This document shows, piece by piece, positions 28,907-38,167 of a stretch of 50,505 nucleotides of DNA. The stretch spans positions 1 through 50,505 of the forward strand of contig JBGSVZ010000034.1 in the NCBI GenBank assembly GCA_041752695.1, given 5' to 3'. The position numbers and the translations under genes were made by a program. Below the pieces are notes generated by a model. It saw nothing but the letters and a program-made list of their open reading frames with translations, was not told where the DNA came from and made no database searches. The first letter of the stretch is position 1. Every line of letters begins with the position of its first letter. The DNA is from Terrimicrobiaceae bacterium. Its GTDB lineage: Bacteria; Verrucomicrobiota; Verrucomicrobiia; Chthoniobacterales; Terrimicrobiaceae.

Positions 28907-29698
28907 ATGAAATTTTCGGATTGGTGGCAGGATAAACGATACCTGCACGAACGCAGTCTTTTCGTGGGGACGGTTGTCATCCTAGTGCTGCTGTCCCTCG
29001 TCTTCGGCCTGCTGATGTTTTTGCGCCCGCCGGACGAGGTGTTGCCGGTGGAGGAAGCGGTGCCGCCTGTCGCAGAAGCGAGTCCGCCTCCCTCAGCGGA
29101 ACCGGCGAAAAAGGCGGCGTTCGAAATCGCCGCGGATCTGGTGATGAACGGCCGCCTGGTCGAGGCGGGTCGGGTTCTGGATGCTCAGGAACTTGAGCTT
29201 CTGCGTTTGCGCGGAGCCATTGCCTGGAAAGAGAACAACATGCCTGAGGCGGTGCGGTATTTTAAGGCCGCGGTCGAGATTGCCCCGCGGAGTATGCCCG
29301 ACCTGGGTAATCTCGCCGGAGTTCAGCTTCAGCTCAATGAGGTGGCGGCGGCTGTGGCCAATCTACGCGTGGCGCACGATGTGAGTCCCGGCGACGTGTT
29401 TATCGCCAACCGGCTCTTGCTGGCCCGGATCCAGGCCGGGGAGGTCGAGCGGGTCGCTGCCGAAATTGCCAGTGCCTTGGAGACGGCGCCTGAGACCTCC
29501 GTTCCCTTTGTTGCCGCCGCGGCTGCCGCCGTGGAACTTCAGCGCGGTAATGTCGCCCAAGCCGTCACCTTTCTGCACGCTGCCCGAAACACCCTGCCTC
29601 CCGCAGTCTTTGAGAGCCTCCTGGTCGAAGCGCCTCTGGCCTCCTTCTCCGCCGAGGCGGCACTTGCGCCATTTTACCTCCGGCAGGCCGGAGAGTGA
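28907..29698 (+). CDS. Membrane-anchored TPR-like protein
   Basis: N-terminal TM, Pro-rich linker, TPR-like helices (LRGAIAW...EAVRYFKAAVEIAP). Confidence 0.7.
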   Translation: MKFSDWWQDKRYLHERSLFVGTVVILVLLSLVFGLLMFLRPPDEVLPVEEAVPPVAEASPPPSAEPAKKAAFEIAADLVMNGRLVEAGRVLDAQELELLRLRGAIAWKENNMPEAVRYFKAAVEIAPRSMPDLGNLAGVQLQLNEVAAAVANLRVAHDVSPGDVFIANRLLLARIQAGEVERVAAEIASALETAPETSVPFVAAAAAAVELQRGNVAQAVTFLHAARNTLPPAVFESLLVEAPLASFSAEAALAPFYLRQAGE

Positions 29699-29742
29699 GA
29701 TATTCAATTGATTCCGTCCGCATCACGGCTTCACTGTGACGC

Positions 29743-30681
29743 ATGCGTACCGGCCAATTTTTTTGCGGAATTCTTCTTTTTGCCACACTTTGCGGAGCGG
29801 CTCAGGCGGAGCCCGCCGCCAAACCCCGGGAAAATTTTTTCCTTAGAACCTTGAGGGACCGCCTGGGAATTGATGCGGTTCGTCGGGAGTTTATTTTCGG
29901 GAAATTACCCGAGCGCGAGCTGGCTCTGGATATCTATTTCCCGCGTATGGCCCCGCCTCCCGGAGGGTATCCCCTGGTTTTGTGGCTGCATGGCGGCGGT
30001 TGGATACTTGGGAGCAAACGCCAGGACGTTTTTGTCCGTCATTTCCCGCTCTATGGATATGCCATCGCCAGCGTCGAATACCGGCTGGCGCACGGAGACT
30101 CGTTTCCCGCACAGATCCGCGACGTGCGCACTGCGGCCTGGTGGTTGTTGAAAAATGCCCGTCAACTGGAACTCGATCCGACGAAGTTTGTCGTGGCCGG
30201 CCAGTCCGCGGGAGGTCATCTGGCCCTTCTCCTCGCTCTGACGCAAGGCGAGGACAAAAAGGGCTGGGGGCCCTCGGTACCCCGCGGAACGTTCAAAGCC
30301 GTAGCGGCAATGTATCCGCCCACGGATCTGTTGAGGCTCGTTCCGCCGGGCGCTCGGGACAATCCTCTGCATCCGGTTGGCCTCCTCCTCGGCGGGGAAG
30401 TGAATAAGCGGATCGCCCTCGCACGCGAAGCCAGTCCGGTGAGCTATGGGTCGGCCGGAGATCCTCCCACCTTGTTGTTCCATGGTTCCGAGGATGTGAT
30501 TGTACCTGTCGAACAAAGCCAGTTAATGGCAAAAAAACTCCGCGCGTCCGCTGTGCCGGTGCGCCTGCTGATCACGGATGCCGGTCACGCCTTCACGCTC
30601 TACCCGGACCGCGTGGAGGATATTCTGCAATTTATAAACTCCGTGCCAGCGCTGAAGGGCAGCGTGATCAACCCGCCCTGA
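29743..30681 (+). CDS. Secreted alpha/beta hydrolase (HSL-family esterase/lipase)
   Basis: HGGGW oxyanion motif, GQSAGG nucleophile elbow, HGSEDVIVP, AGH. Confidence 0.9.
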   Translation: MRTGQFFCGILLFATLCGAAQAEPAAKPRENFFLRTLRDRLGIDAVRREFIFGKLPERELALDIYFPRMAPPPGGYPLVLWLHGGGWILGSKRQDVFVRHFPLYGYAIASVEYRLAHGDSFPAQIRDVRTAAWWLLKNARQLELDPTKFVVAGQSAGGHLALLLALTQGEDKKGWGPSVPRGTFKAVAAMYPPTDLLRLVPPGARDNPLHPVGLLLGGEVNKRIALAREASPVSYGSAGDPPTLLFHGSEDVIVPVEQSQLMAKKLRASAVPVRLLITDAGHAFTLYPDRVEDILQFINSVPALKGSVINPP

Positions 30682-30696
30682 ACCGGAAGAAGCGAG

Positions 30697-30751
30697 ACAC
30701 GAATTGCACGAATTGACACGAATCGGAGAGGTTCGTGAGAATTCGTGCAAT
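30697..30751. repeat. Short CACGAAT tandem/inverted repeat element
   Basis: ACACGAATT-GCACGAATT-GACACGAAT followed by inverted TTCGTG...AATTCGTGCAAT. Confidence 0.7.
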
Positions 30752-30827
30752 ATGTGTCTAGCCGCCCTTTCTTGCATTCCGTGCGCGGATCGCTAAAGTT
30801 TCCGGCCCAACCAAAAACAGACCGATT

Positions 30828-32015
30828 ATGAACAGCATCCTCGACCCGGCCAGACTCGACGACATCGAGTTTAGCAATGATGAAATCGCCCGCTACTCCC
30901 GGCATCTCATCATGCCTGAGGTCACGCTGGAGGGCCAGAAACGCCTCAAGGCCGCCAAAGTTCTCTGCATTGGCACTGGCGGCCTTGGCTCGCCCATCGC
31001 CCTGTATCTCGCCGCGGCCGGCGTGGGCACGCTCGGATTGATCGATTTTGACATTGTGGATTTTTCCAACCTGCAGCGCCAGATCCTGCATGGGACGAAG
31101 GATGTGGGCCGGAAGAAACTCAACAGCGCCCGCGACCGGATCAAGGACGTGAATCCCAATGTCCAGGTTGTCTTGCACGACGCCATGTTCCGCAGCGACA
31201 ACGCGGTCGAGATCGTGGAAAATTACGACATCGTCATCGATGGCACGGATAATTTTCCCACCCGCTACCTCTCGAACGATGTCTGCGTTTTTCTGAAGAA
31301 AGCCAACATTTACGGCTCGATCTTCCGTTTTGAAGGTCAGGCCACCGTCTTTGCCCCGCATCTTGGAGGACCTTGCTACCGCTGCCTTTATCCCGAACCC
31401 CCGCCTCCCGGCATGGTCCCAAGCTGCGCCGAAGGTGGCGTGCTGGGCGTCCTTCCAGGCATCATCGGCGTGATGCAGGCCATCGAAGCGGTGAAGCTGA
31501 TTTGCGGCATTGGCGAGCCTCTCATCGGCCGCCTTGTGCATTTTGATGCGCTGAAGATGAAGTTCCGCGAATTCAAGGTCCGTAAGGATCCGAAGTGCCC
31601 GGTCTGCAGCGAAAATCCGACCGTTACCGAGTTGATCGATTACGAAGTTTTTTGTGGAATTCCCCAGGCTCAGGCCGCTGAAGACGCGGAAACTCCCGTG
31701 CCCGAAATCAGCGTCGAAGACCTCAAGGCCCGCCAGGACCGCGGCGACAAATTTGTCCTGCTCGACGTGCGCGAACCCTTCGAATACGACATCGCCCGCA
31801 TCCCCGGATCGAAGTTGATTCCGCTCGGAGAGCTGCCCTCGCGCATGAGCGAATTGGACAGCGCCGACGAAATTGTCATCCATTGCAAAATGGGAGCGCG
31901 CAGCGCCAAGGCCCTGCGCCAGCTTCAGAAAGCCGGCTTCGGCAAGCTCCTCAACGTGGAGGGCGGCATCCTCGCCTGGGCCGACCGCGTGGATCCGAGC
32001 GTGGCGAAGTACTGA
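30828..32015 (+). CDS. moeB: Molybdopterin-synthase adenylyltransferase MoeB with C-terminal rhodanese domain (MoeZ-type)
   Basis: RYSRHL, GTGGLG, SNLQRQ, DGTDNF, CYRC, CAEGGVLG, CPVC, LDVREP...HCKMGARS. Confidence 0.93.
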   Translation: MNSILDPARLDDIEFSNDEIARYSRHLIMPEVTLEGQKRLKAAKVLCIGTGGLGSPIALYLAAAGVGTLGLIDFDIVDFSNLQRQILHGTKDVGRKKLNSARDRIKDVNPNVQVVLHDAMFRSDNAVEIVENYDIVIDGTDNFPTRYLSNDVCVFLKKANIYGSIFRFEGQATVFAPHLGGPCYRCLYPEPPPPGMVPSCAEGGVLGVLPGIIGVMQAIEAVKLICGIGEPLIGRLVHFDALKMKFREFKVRKDPKCPVCSENPTVTELIDYEVFCGIPQAQAAEDAETPVPEISVEDLKARQDRGDKFVLLDVREPFEYDIARIPGSKLIPLGELPSRMSELDSADEIVIHCKMGARSAKALRQLQKAGFGKLLNVEGGILAWADRVDPSVAKY

Positions 32016-32035
32016 CTTCGTCGCCCGGCAGAAGT

Positions 32036-32089
32036 TGGAGTTCACGCTTTAGCGTGCGCGTTCTCATCCAGCCCAAAGGATGGAAGCCA
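32036..32089. repeat. REP-like palindrome with degenerate inverted partner
   Basis: TGGAGTTCACGCTTTAGCGTG (32036-32056) and degenerate CCAGCCCAAAGGATGGAAGCCA. Confidence 0.45.
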
Positions 32090-32172
32090 CCGCTGGCGTT
32101 CGCATCCCCAAGGTTTTTTTGACGACAATTTCTTGTCGCGAAACGCCCCGCCGCGGGCAATATTCGTCCCCG

Positions 32173-32376
32173 ATGGACGAAAGCCTTATGGAGATTCTCT
32201 GCTGCCCGGTGACGCGTCAGTCCCTGCGCCTTGCGGACGCGGAGACATTGCGTCGGGCTGGCGCGAAGGTTTCCATCCCGCTGGCCGAGGGCCTGCTGCG
32301 CGAAGACGGCCAAATGATTTATCCGGTGAAAAACGGCATTCCGCTGCTCGTGCCGGAAGAAGGCATCGCTCTTTGA
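32173..32376 (+). CDS. Trm112 family protein
   Basis: LMEILCCPVTRQSL...YPVKNGIPLL. Confidence 0.88.
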   Translation: MDESLMEILCCPVTRQSLRLADAETLRRAGAKVSIPLAEGLLREDGQMIYPVKNGIPLLVPEEGIAL

Positions 32377-32430
32377 TTGACCCCCGGGGTATCCTCCGGG
32401 TTCATTTCCACTCCTGACTTTTTTTGCTCC

Positions 32431-34413
32431 ATGACCGACCTTGAACGTATCCGCCACTCCGCCGCCCACGTGCTGGCCACGGCCATTCTGAAAATCTGGC
32501 CCGAGGCGCAGTTTGCCGCGGGTCCGCCGGTGGAGACCGGGTTTTATTACGACGTGGATCTGCCACACCGGATCACGCCGGACGATTTCGCGCGCATCGA
32601 GGAGGAGATGAAGAAGGAGATCAAGGCGAATCACGTGTTCGAGCGCGTCGAGATTTCGCGCGATGATGCCATAGCCATGGCGAAGGCCGGTGCGCTGGCC
32701 GCCCTGGCTGAACGCGGTGAACCTTCCAAATTCAAACTCGATATCGTCGAGCGCATTCCCGAAGGCGAAGTGATTACGCTCTACCGCAACGGCGAGTTCA
32801 CCGACCTCTGCGCCGGCCCGCACGTGATGCGCACCGGCAACATCGGCGCCTTCAAACTCACCCATGTGGCGAGCGCGTATTACAAGGGCGACGAAAATAA
32901 TCCCCAGCTCCAGCGCATCTATGGCACTGCGTTTAAGAACAAAACCGAGATGTTGGCCTACTTCACGATGCTGGAGGAGGCCAAAAAACGCGACCACCGC
33001 AAGCTGGGCAAGGAACTCGATCTTTTTGCCTTCGATGATGATGTGGGTCCCGGCCTGCCGCTCTGGCTGCCGCAGGGCACCGTTCTGATTGAGGAGCTTG
33101 AGAAGCTCGCGAAAGAGACGGAGTTTGCCGCCGGGTATCAGCGTGTGCGCACGCCCCATCTGGCCCGCAAGAGCATGTACGTGTGCAGCGGACACCTGCC
33201 CTATTACGCCGATTCCATGTTTCCGCCGATGGAGCTGAAAATGGACGACGACACCATGCGGGAGATCTTTGATTTCGAGGATGAACTGCGTCAGACCGAC
33301 GAACGGATCCTCGAAATTGAGCAAAAACTCGCCGGCCATAAAGTGGAGGGCGCGGTTTATGCCGAAATGGCGGAGGAGGAACGCGGCCTCGAAGAATGGC
33401 GGGTGGGTCGGGAGAAAACGCTCAAGCGCATCGAGGAAAAACGCGCGCAATATTCGTATTACCTCAAGGCAATGAACTGCCCGCATCACCACAAAATATT
33501 CGGAGCCGTCCCGCGCAGTTATCGCGAGTTGCCCCTGCGCCTCGCGGAATACGGCACTTGCTACCGCTACGAGCAGTCCGGCGAACTTTTTGGACTCATG
33601 CGCGTGCGTTCCATGCAGATGAACGACGCCCATATTTACTGCACCGAGGAGCAGTTTGAGGCGGAGTTTAACGCGGTGAACCAGATGTATCTGAAATATT
33701 TTGCGATCTTTGGGATCGAGAAATACCTCATGCGCTTCTCCACCCATGACCCGGAGAAGCTCGGGCAGAAGTTTGTCGATGATCCCGTTCTTTGGAAAAA
33801 AACCGAGGACATGGTGCGCAATGTTCTCATCCGTTCCGGCATCAATTATGTGGAGGTCCCGAACGAAGCGGCCTTCTACGGCCCGAAGATCGACGTCCAG
33901 GTCTGGAGCGCCATCGGGCGCGAATTTACCATCGCCACCAATCAGGTGGACTTCGCCGTGCCCGCGCGATTCGGTTTGGTTTATAAAGACCGGGACAACA
34001 CCGAAAAGACCCCGCTCTGCATCCATCGGGCGCCGCTGGGGACGCACGAGCGTTTCATCGGGTTTCTCATTGAACACTACGCCGGCAATTTCCCGCTCTG
34101 GCTCGCGCCCGAGCAGGTTCGCGTCATTACGGTGGGTGACGACGAGGCGCTCATTGCCTACGCGACCGCTGTCCACGAAGAACTGCGCGCCCACGAAATT
34201 CGCGCTGAACTCGATGTCACGAGCGACAACATCAAAGGCAAGATTCTCCACGCCGAACAGCGGAAGGTTCACACCATGCTGGTGATCGGGCATCGCGATT
34301 TGGAATCCGGCAATCTCAGTGTGCGCCTGCACGGCAAGGGAAACATCGGCGCCAAACCGCGTGATGAGGTGATTGCCGACGTCCTGGCGGCGGTCAAGGA
34401 ACGGCGCTCTTAG
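32431..34413 (+). CDS. thrS: Threonine--tRNA ligase (no TGS/N1 domain; long helical insertion in the catalytic domain)
   Basis: RHSAAH, DLCAGPH, RDHRKLG, MNCPHH, YRYEQSGEL.GL.RVR, FYGPKID, HRAPLGTHERF. Confidence 0.97.
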   Translation: MTDLERIRHSAAHVLATAILKIWPEAQFAAGPPVETGFYYDVDLPHRITPDDFARIEEEMKKEIKANHVFERVEISRDDAIAMAKAGALAALAERGEPSKFKLDIVERIPEGEVITLYRNGEFTDLCAGPHVMRTGNIGAFKLTHVASAYYKGDENNPQLQRIYGTAFKNKTEMLAYFTMLEEAKKRDHRKLGKELDLFAFDDDVGPGLPLWLPQGTVLIEELEKLAKETEFAAGYQRVRTPHLARKSMYVCSGHLPYYADSMFPPMELKMDDDTMREIFDFEDELRQTDERILEIEQKLAGHKVEGAVYAEMAEEERGLEEWRVGREKTLKRIEEKRAQYSYYLKAMNCPHHHKIFGAVPRSYRELPLRLAEYGTCYRYEQSGELFGLMRVRSMQMNDAHIYCTEEQFEAEFNAVNQMYLKYFAIFGIEKYLMRFSTHDPEKLGQKFVDDPVLWKKTEDMVRNVLIRSGINYVEVPNEAAFYGPKIDVQVWSAIGREFTIATNQVDFAVPARFGLVYKDRDNTEKTPLCIHRAPLGTHERFIGFLIEHYAGNFPLWLAPEQVRVITVGDDEALIAYATAVHEELRAHEIRAELDVTSDNIKGKILHAEQRKVHTMLVIGHRDLESGNLSVRLHGKGNIGAKPRDEVIADVLAAVKERRS

Positions 34414-34422
34414 GCGGGAAAT

Positions 34423-35805
34423 TCAGCGCGGCGCGCGCCAGGCTTGCGGGTCGGCGGGAAGGACGGCGAGGATGCCTTCATCCACTTGGGCAAGCTCGGG
34501 AGCGTCGCTCACCCGGGCGAAAATCTTTCCGGCGTCGCTCGTTCCAAATGCGACGCTGGCCACGAGATTTTCGCCCGCACGGGCCTCGGGGGTGTTCTCG
34601 GAAAGCACGGAAAGAAACTCCACGGTGCGTCGGGGAGTATCGAGTCCGGCGGCTGTGATTTTTCCCACCGTCGCCGGAGTGTAAGAAAAAATCTCCGCCG
34701 TGGCCACGGCATCGACCAGGGCGCGCACGGCGGCCTCGCTGGCGGGGAACGATTCGTTGCCGGTTTTGATGTCCCAGCCCTCCGCCGAACGCTGGAGCAG
34801 GAAGGGCGGTCCATCAGATGTCACCCGGATCCGATCCACAATGTCGAGATTGAGCGGAAGCAGTCGACGGTCGCGTAATCCATCCGGCGTGATTTTCAAA
34901 AACTCCGCCGCTTCGGAGGGCATGCGGTAGACCGAGTCGCGGGCGGTGAACTGAGCAAACAGGGCGCCGTCCTTGTTTGTCCCGAGTCGAAGGGTCTGGG
35001 GACGGTCGGAGCCTTCGGCAAAGAAGGTGATCTCGTTCTGCCCCTCAGCGAGCCCGTAGGCACTGAGGTCACCGGTGTCATCGGCGATGTATTCTGTCAC
35101 GCGCAGGGCAAGCAGGCCGCTGAGAAAACCCGTCACCTTGCGATCGTCGGCTGCCACGTTGAGCGGTTTCACAATTTGCCATCCCCGCACGTCGCGGGTG
35201 AATTCGATCTCGCCGTCCGGGCGCCGGATGATGAGCCGGTCGATCTGGTCAGGCGTCAGGTCCGTCAGTCGGCGGTCGCGGAAATCCCCGGCCGGGCGAA
35301 AGGCCTGCCGCAGGATCTGATCGCTCACCAGATACACGTCGCGCGAATCGCCGGTGCGGACATAAAGACGATCTTCGCTGGCTCCGTCCTTCCCGAGAAA
35401 GAGGGTGAGCTTTTTTCCGCCTTCGAATTCAATCCGGCGTTTGGGATTTTTCAGCCCATACTCGTTCCAGTCCTTGTCGTTCGGCAGCTCACGGCCATCG
35501 ATGCGGTCGAAAAAAGGCAGTTGCGACGCGGTTTGCAGCAGGCGTTCGACTTCGGCGGTGTCGGCGCGGTCCTTGGATTTTTCCCCCAACTGCCAGCCGT
35601 TGCCACGTCGGTGCAGTTCCACCTCGGAGTCCCCGGAAATGATGCGGATTTTGGTGACCTTGGACGGGTCGAGCGGGAGGACGCCGTCGTAGAGCAAAGA
35701 TTGTTCCCGTTCGCGCGGGCTGCGGGTGAGCGGTTCGTAGATGGCCAGAAACACGATCGCCCCCACGGCCACGACCGTGAGCAGAATGGTGGGCCAGCGG
35801 TTCAT
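34423..35805 (-). CDS. DUF4340 domain protein
   Basis: N-terminal TM; repeated YGL..P and (F/L)RDRRL modules; last gene of a Gld-like operon. Confidence 0.8.
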   Translation of the reverse strand: MNRWPTILLTVVAVGAIVFLAIYEPLTRSPREREQSLLYDGVLPLDPSKVTKIRIISGDSEVELHRRGNGWQLGEKSKDRADTAEVERLLQTASQLPFFDRIDGRELPNDKDWNEYGLKNPKRRIEFEGGKKLTLFLGKDGASEDRLYVRTGDSRDVYLVSDQILRQAFRPAGDFRDRRLTDLTPDQIDRLIIRRPDGEIEFTRDVRGWQIVKPLNVAADDRKVTGFLSGLLALRVTEYIADDTGDLSAYGLAEGQNEITFFAEGSDRPQTLRLGTNKDGALFAQFTARDSVYRMPSEAAEFLKITPDGLRDRRLLPLNLDIVDRIRVTSDGPPFLLQRSAEGWDIKTGNESFPASEAAVRALVDAVATAEIFSYTPATVGKITAAGLDTPRRTVEFLSVLSENTPEARAGENLVASVAFGTSDAGKIFARVSDAPELAQVDEGILAVLPADPQAWRAPR

Positions 35806-37292
35806 GCGCGACGCCGCAACCACGCGATCACTCCCATCAGCGCGACCGCGCCGGGAATGACAATCATGGTGTAGAAGGTAATGCTGCGGAGCTGGGATTC
35901 CGTGAGATTCAGGGTGAAGTGCTGGATGGTCTTGGGCGCAACTCCGGTGAGGCGACCGCGGTCGAGCAGCCAGTTCGAAGCGCTGAGAAGAAAATCCAGG
36001 CCCTCCTGTTTGAGGGAGGCGTCGAGGGCAAATTCGCTGTTGCCCACCACGATCATCTTGGCGTTCTCGACCTCCACGCGGTCGTCACTCACGCCTCCGC
36101 GTGCGGCCGCGGCGGCCACGTAAACCGGGTAGCCGGCGTCCCGGCCATGATCGTACCGGACACCCTTTTTTTCGCGCTCGAGGTAATCCGCCTCGCCCCA
36201 AAATTCTTCCGCGGCCTGAATGAGCGGCCAGATTTGCACGCCGTCGGCCTGGGATTTTTTGACATTAAAATCCAGCGATTGTGAGTAGCCCTCGAAGAAG
36301 ATCTGCAGGCCGGCCAGGCGTTTTGTGATCGTGTTGCCGTCCAGAAAAATGCCGGTGACTTCCGGGAGGATGAGCGTGACGCCCAGGTTGGCGGGAGCCT
36401 TTTGCGTGCGCAGGACACGATTGTCCGCGGGCGAAATTCCGGCTTTTTGCACGAGCGCCTGCAGACGGGGCACTTTGGCATCGGGATTTAATAAGACGAG
36501 CAGGCGTCCGTTTTCGCTCCAGTATTTTTCCACGAGGGCGGCCTCGCGTTCGTCGAGGTCGGAACGCGGACCGATGATCACCAGCGCCGCGCAATCGGCG
36601 GGAACGCGATCGAGGGAGGAGAGCGAGAGTGGGGCGACGCGGACGTTTTGACGTTCGATGTAATCTTTGAAAACCGAAAGCTGGGTCAGACCCTCCACCG
36701 CCGGTTCGCCGTGGCCCTGGAGGAAATACGCCTTGAGCCGCTCGGGATTGATCAGACTGATGATGGCGTTGGTGATGGTCTGCTCGCCTTTGAAGGCCAG
36801 CACGCGGGCGGGTTGGCCGCTGGCCAGGGGCGTGAGGTCGAAGTCGCCCATGTCCGCGAGCGGCACAAATTTCACGCGGTCTTCATAGTCAAGGACCAGG
36901 ACGTTTTCCTCCGCGCTAAATTGATATTTGCCCTGGAGTTCCCGGGCGCGGGAGGGACTGCGGGTCTGGTCGACGTACTCAACCTTGATGTTGTTTTTGC
37001 GGCCGGAAAATACGAGCTCCTTGAGCAGATTTTGCACGTCGGGAAAAAGCTGCGTTTCCGGCGAAAGGGTGGATCGGGAGGAAACCACCGTGATGCGCAG
37101 GGGTTGCTGCAATTCGCGAAGCACACGCCGGGTTTGGTCCGCGAGGACAAACTTTTGCGAGCGGGAAAAATCCCCGCGCGCATAATGGTTGAAGCTGAAA
37201 TAGTTCGCCGCCCCAAGCAGCACGAGGGCGGCGAGGATTTGGAGCGCGACATTAAACCGGATGGCCCGGCGCGGAAGGGTCACTTTTTCCAT
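35802..37292 (-). CDS. GldG-family ABC transporter auxiliary component
   Basis: DFSRSQKFVL...T..VL, GEQTITNAI, YFLQGHGE, C-terminal TM plus RRR. Confidence 0.85.
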   Translation of the reverse strand: MEKVTLPRRAIRFNVALQILAALVLLGAANYFSFNHYARGDFSRSQKFVLADQTRRVLRELQQPLRITVVSSRSTLSPETQLFPDVQNLLKELVFSGRKNNIKVEYVDQTRSPSRARELQGKYQFSAEENVLVLDYEDRVKFVPLADMGDFDLTPLASGQPARVLAFKGEQTITNAIISLINPERLKAYFLQGHGEPAVEGLTQLSVFKDYIERQNVRVAPLSLSSLDRVPADCAALVIIGPRSDLDEREAALVEKYWSENGRLLVLLNPDAKVPRLQALVQKAGISPADNRVLRTQKAPANLGVTLILPEVTGIFLDGNTITKRLAGLQIFFEGYSQSLDFNVKKSQADGVQIWPLIQAAEEFWGEADYLEREKKGVRYDHGRDAGYPVYVAAAAARGGVSDDRVEVENAKMIVVGNSEFALDASLKQEGLDFLLSASNWLLDRGRLTGVAPKTIQHFTLNLTESQLRSITFYTMIVIPGAVALMGVIAWLRRRA

Positions 37293-38035
37293 CGCCGATA
37301 TTGAAAGACGTGCAGGGTGAGAAAGAGGGTGAACGCCGTCATGCTCAGGTAAAACACCACCGGACGCGTATCCAGCAGCCCGCGTGAGAACTCGGCCATG
37401 TGTTCGGTGGTCGAAAAATAGTACGTGATCTCCTGAAGAAATGGCGCTGTGGTGCGAAAGAGCATCGAGAGCAGGTTGATGAAAAACATCGAGCAGATGA
37501 GCGCGAAAGCGGCGATGGCGGCGACGATCTGGTTTTGCGTCAGCGCCGAGGCCAGGCAGCCGATGGAAAGGTAAAACAGTCCGACCAAAAGAACGATTGC
37601 GTAAGCGCCCACATAAGAGCTGAAGGCCGTGGCGGCCCCGCGATGCGCGACCATCTGGAAGATCCAGAAATACAGGATGCTCGGCAGCCAGAGCGTGGCA
37701 TAGAAAATGAAGGCGCCAAAAAACTTCGCCAGCACAACCTGCCAGTCGCGCACGGGGGCGGTCATGAGCGTTTCAATCGTGCCCATTTTATACTCCTCGC
37801 TGAAGAGCCGCATGGTCAGCAAAGGGAAGATGAGGATGAGCGGGAACCAGAAGAGGATGTTGTTAAAAAACGCCTCGACCACCGTGGTCTGTCCGGTCTC
37901 GCGGTTCAGGGCGGTCAATTGGGTCTGAAAATTAAAACCCGTGAGCAGCAGGAAAAAGAACAACACCACGTACGCCAGTGGCTGGTGGAAGTAGTGGCTG
38001 ACCTCGCGGTTGAGCAGGATGAAAAATCGGCGCAT
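37280..38035 (-). CDS. ABC transporter permease (GldF-like)
   Basis: PLLTMRLFSEE...GTIETLMTAPV...VVLAKF and SALTQNQIVA. Confidence 0.88.
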   Translation of the reverse strand: MRRFFILLNREVSHYFHQPLAYVVLFFFLLLTGFNFQTQLTALNRETGQTTVVEAFFNNILFWFPLILIFPLLTMRLFSEEYKMGTIETLMTAPVRDWQVVLAKFFGAFIFYATLWLPSILYFWIFQMVAHRGAATAFSSYVGAYAIVLLVGLFYLSIGCLASALTQNQIVAAIAAFALICSMFFINLLSMLFRTTAPFLQEITYYFSTTEHMAEFSRGLLDTRPVVFYLSMTAFTLFLTLHVFQYRRWKK

Positions 38036-38045
38036 GACTAGAAGA

Positions 38046-38158
38046 AGGACGCGGGGATGGGGAGACGCGGAGACGCGGAGGAGGAAAGACGCGGGGACGC
38101 GGGGAAGGCGGGACGCGGCGAAGTTCCCCGTGTCGCCGCGTCACGGCGTCTCCCTGTC
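38046..38158. repeat. Octamer (GGA/GGG)GACGC tandem repeat with inverted copies in an intergenic spacer
   Basis: GGACGCGG/AGACGCGG repeated about 6 times, followed by CCCCGTGTC-GCCGCGTC-ACGGCGTC-TCCCTGTC. Confidence 0.75.
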
Positions 38159-38167
38159 TTTCCCAAT

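Noticed and set aside
32377..32430. T-box or other leader upstream of thrS
   Set aside because: Only about 54 bp of intergenic sequence, with no T-box consensus visible.
33241..33456. ThrRS insertion as a possible intein
   Set aside because: No N-terminal Cys/Ser block and no C-terminal His-Asn; too short and helical.
38046..38158. Repeat arrays here and at 30697-30751 as CRISPR
   Set aside because: Units are 7-9 bp with no unique spacers, and no cas genes are present.
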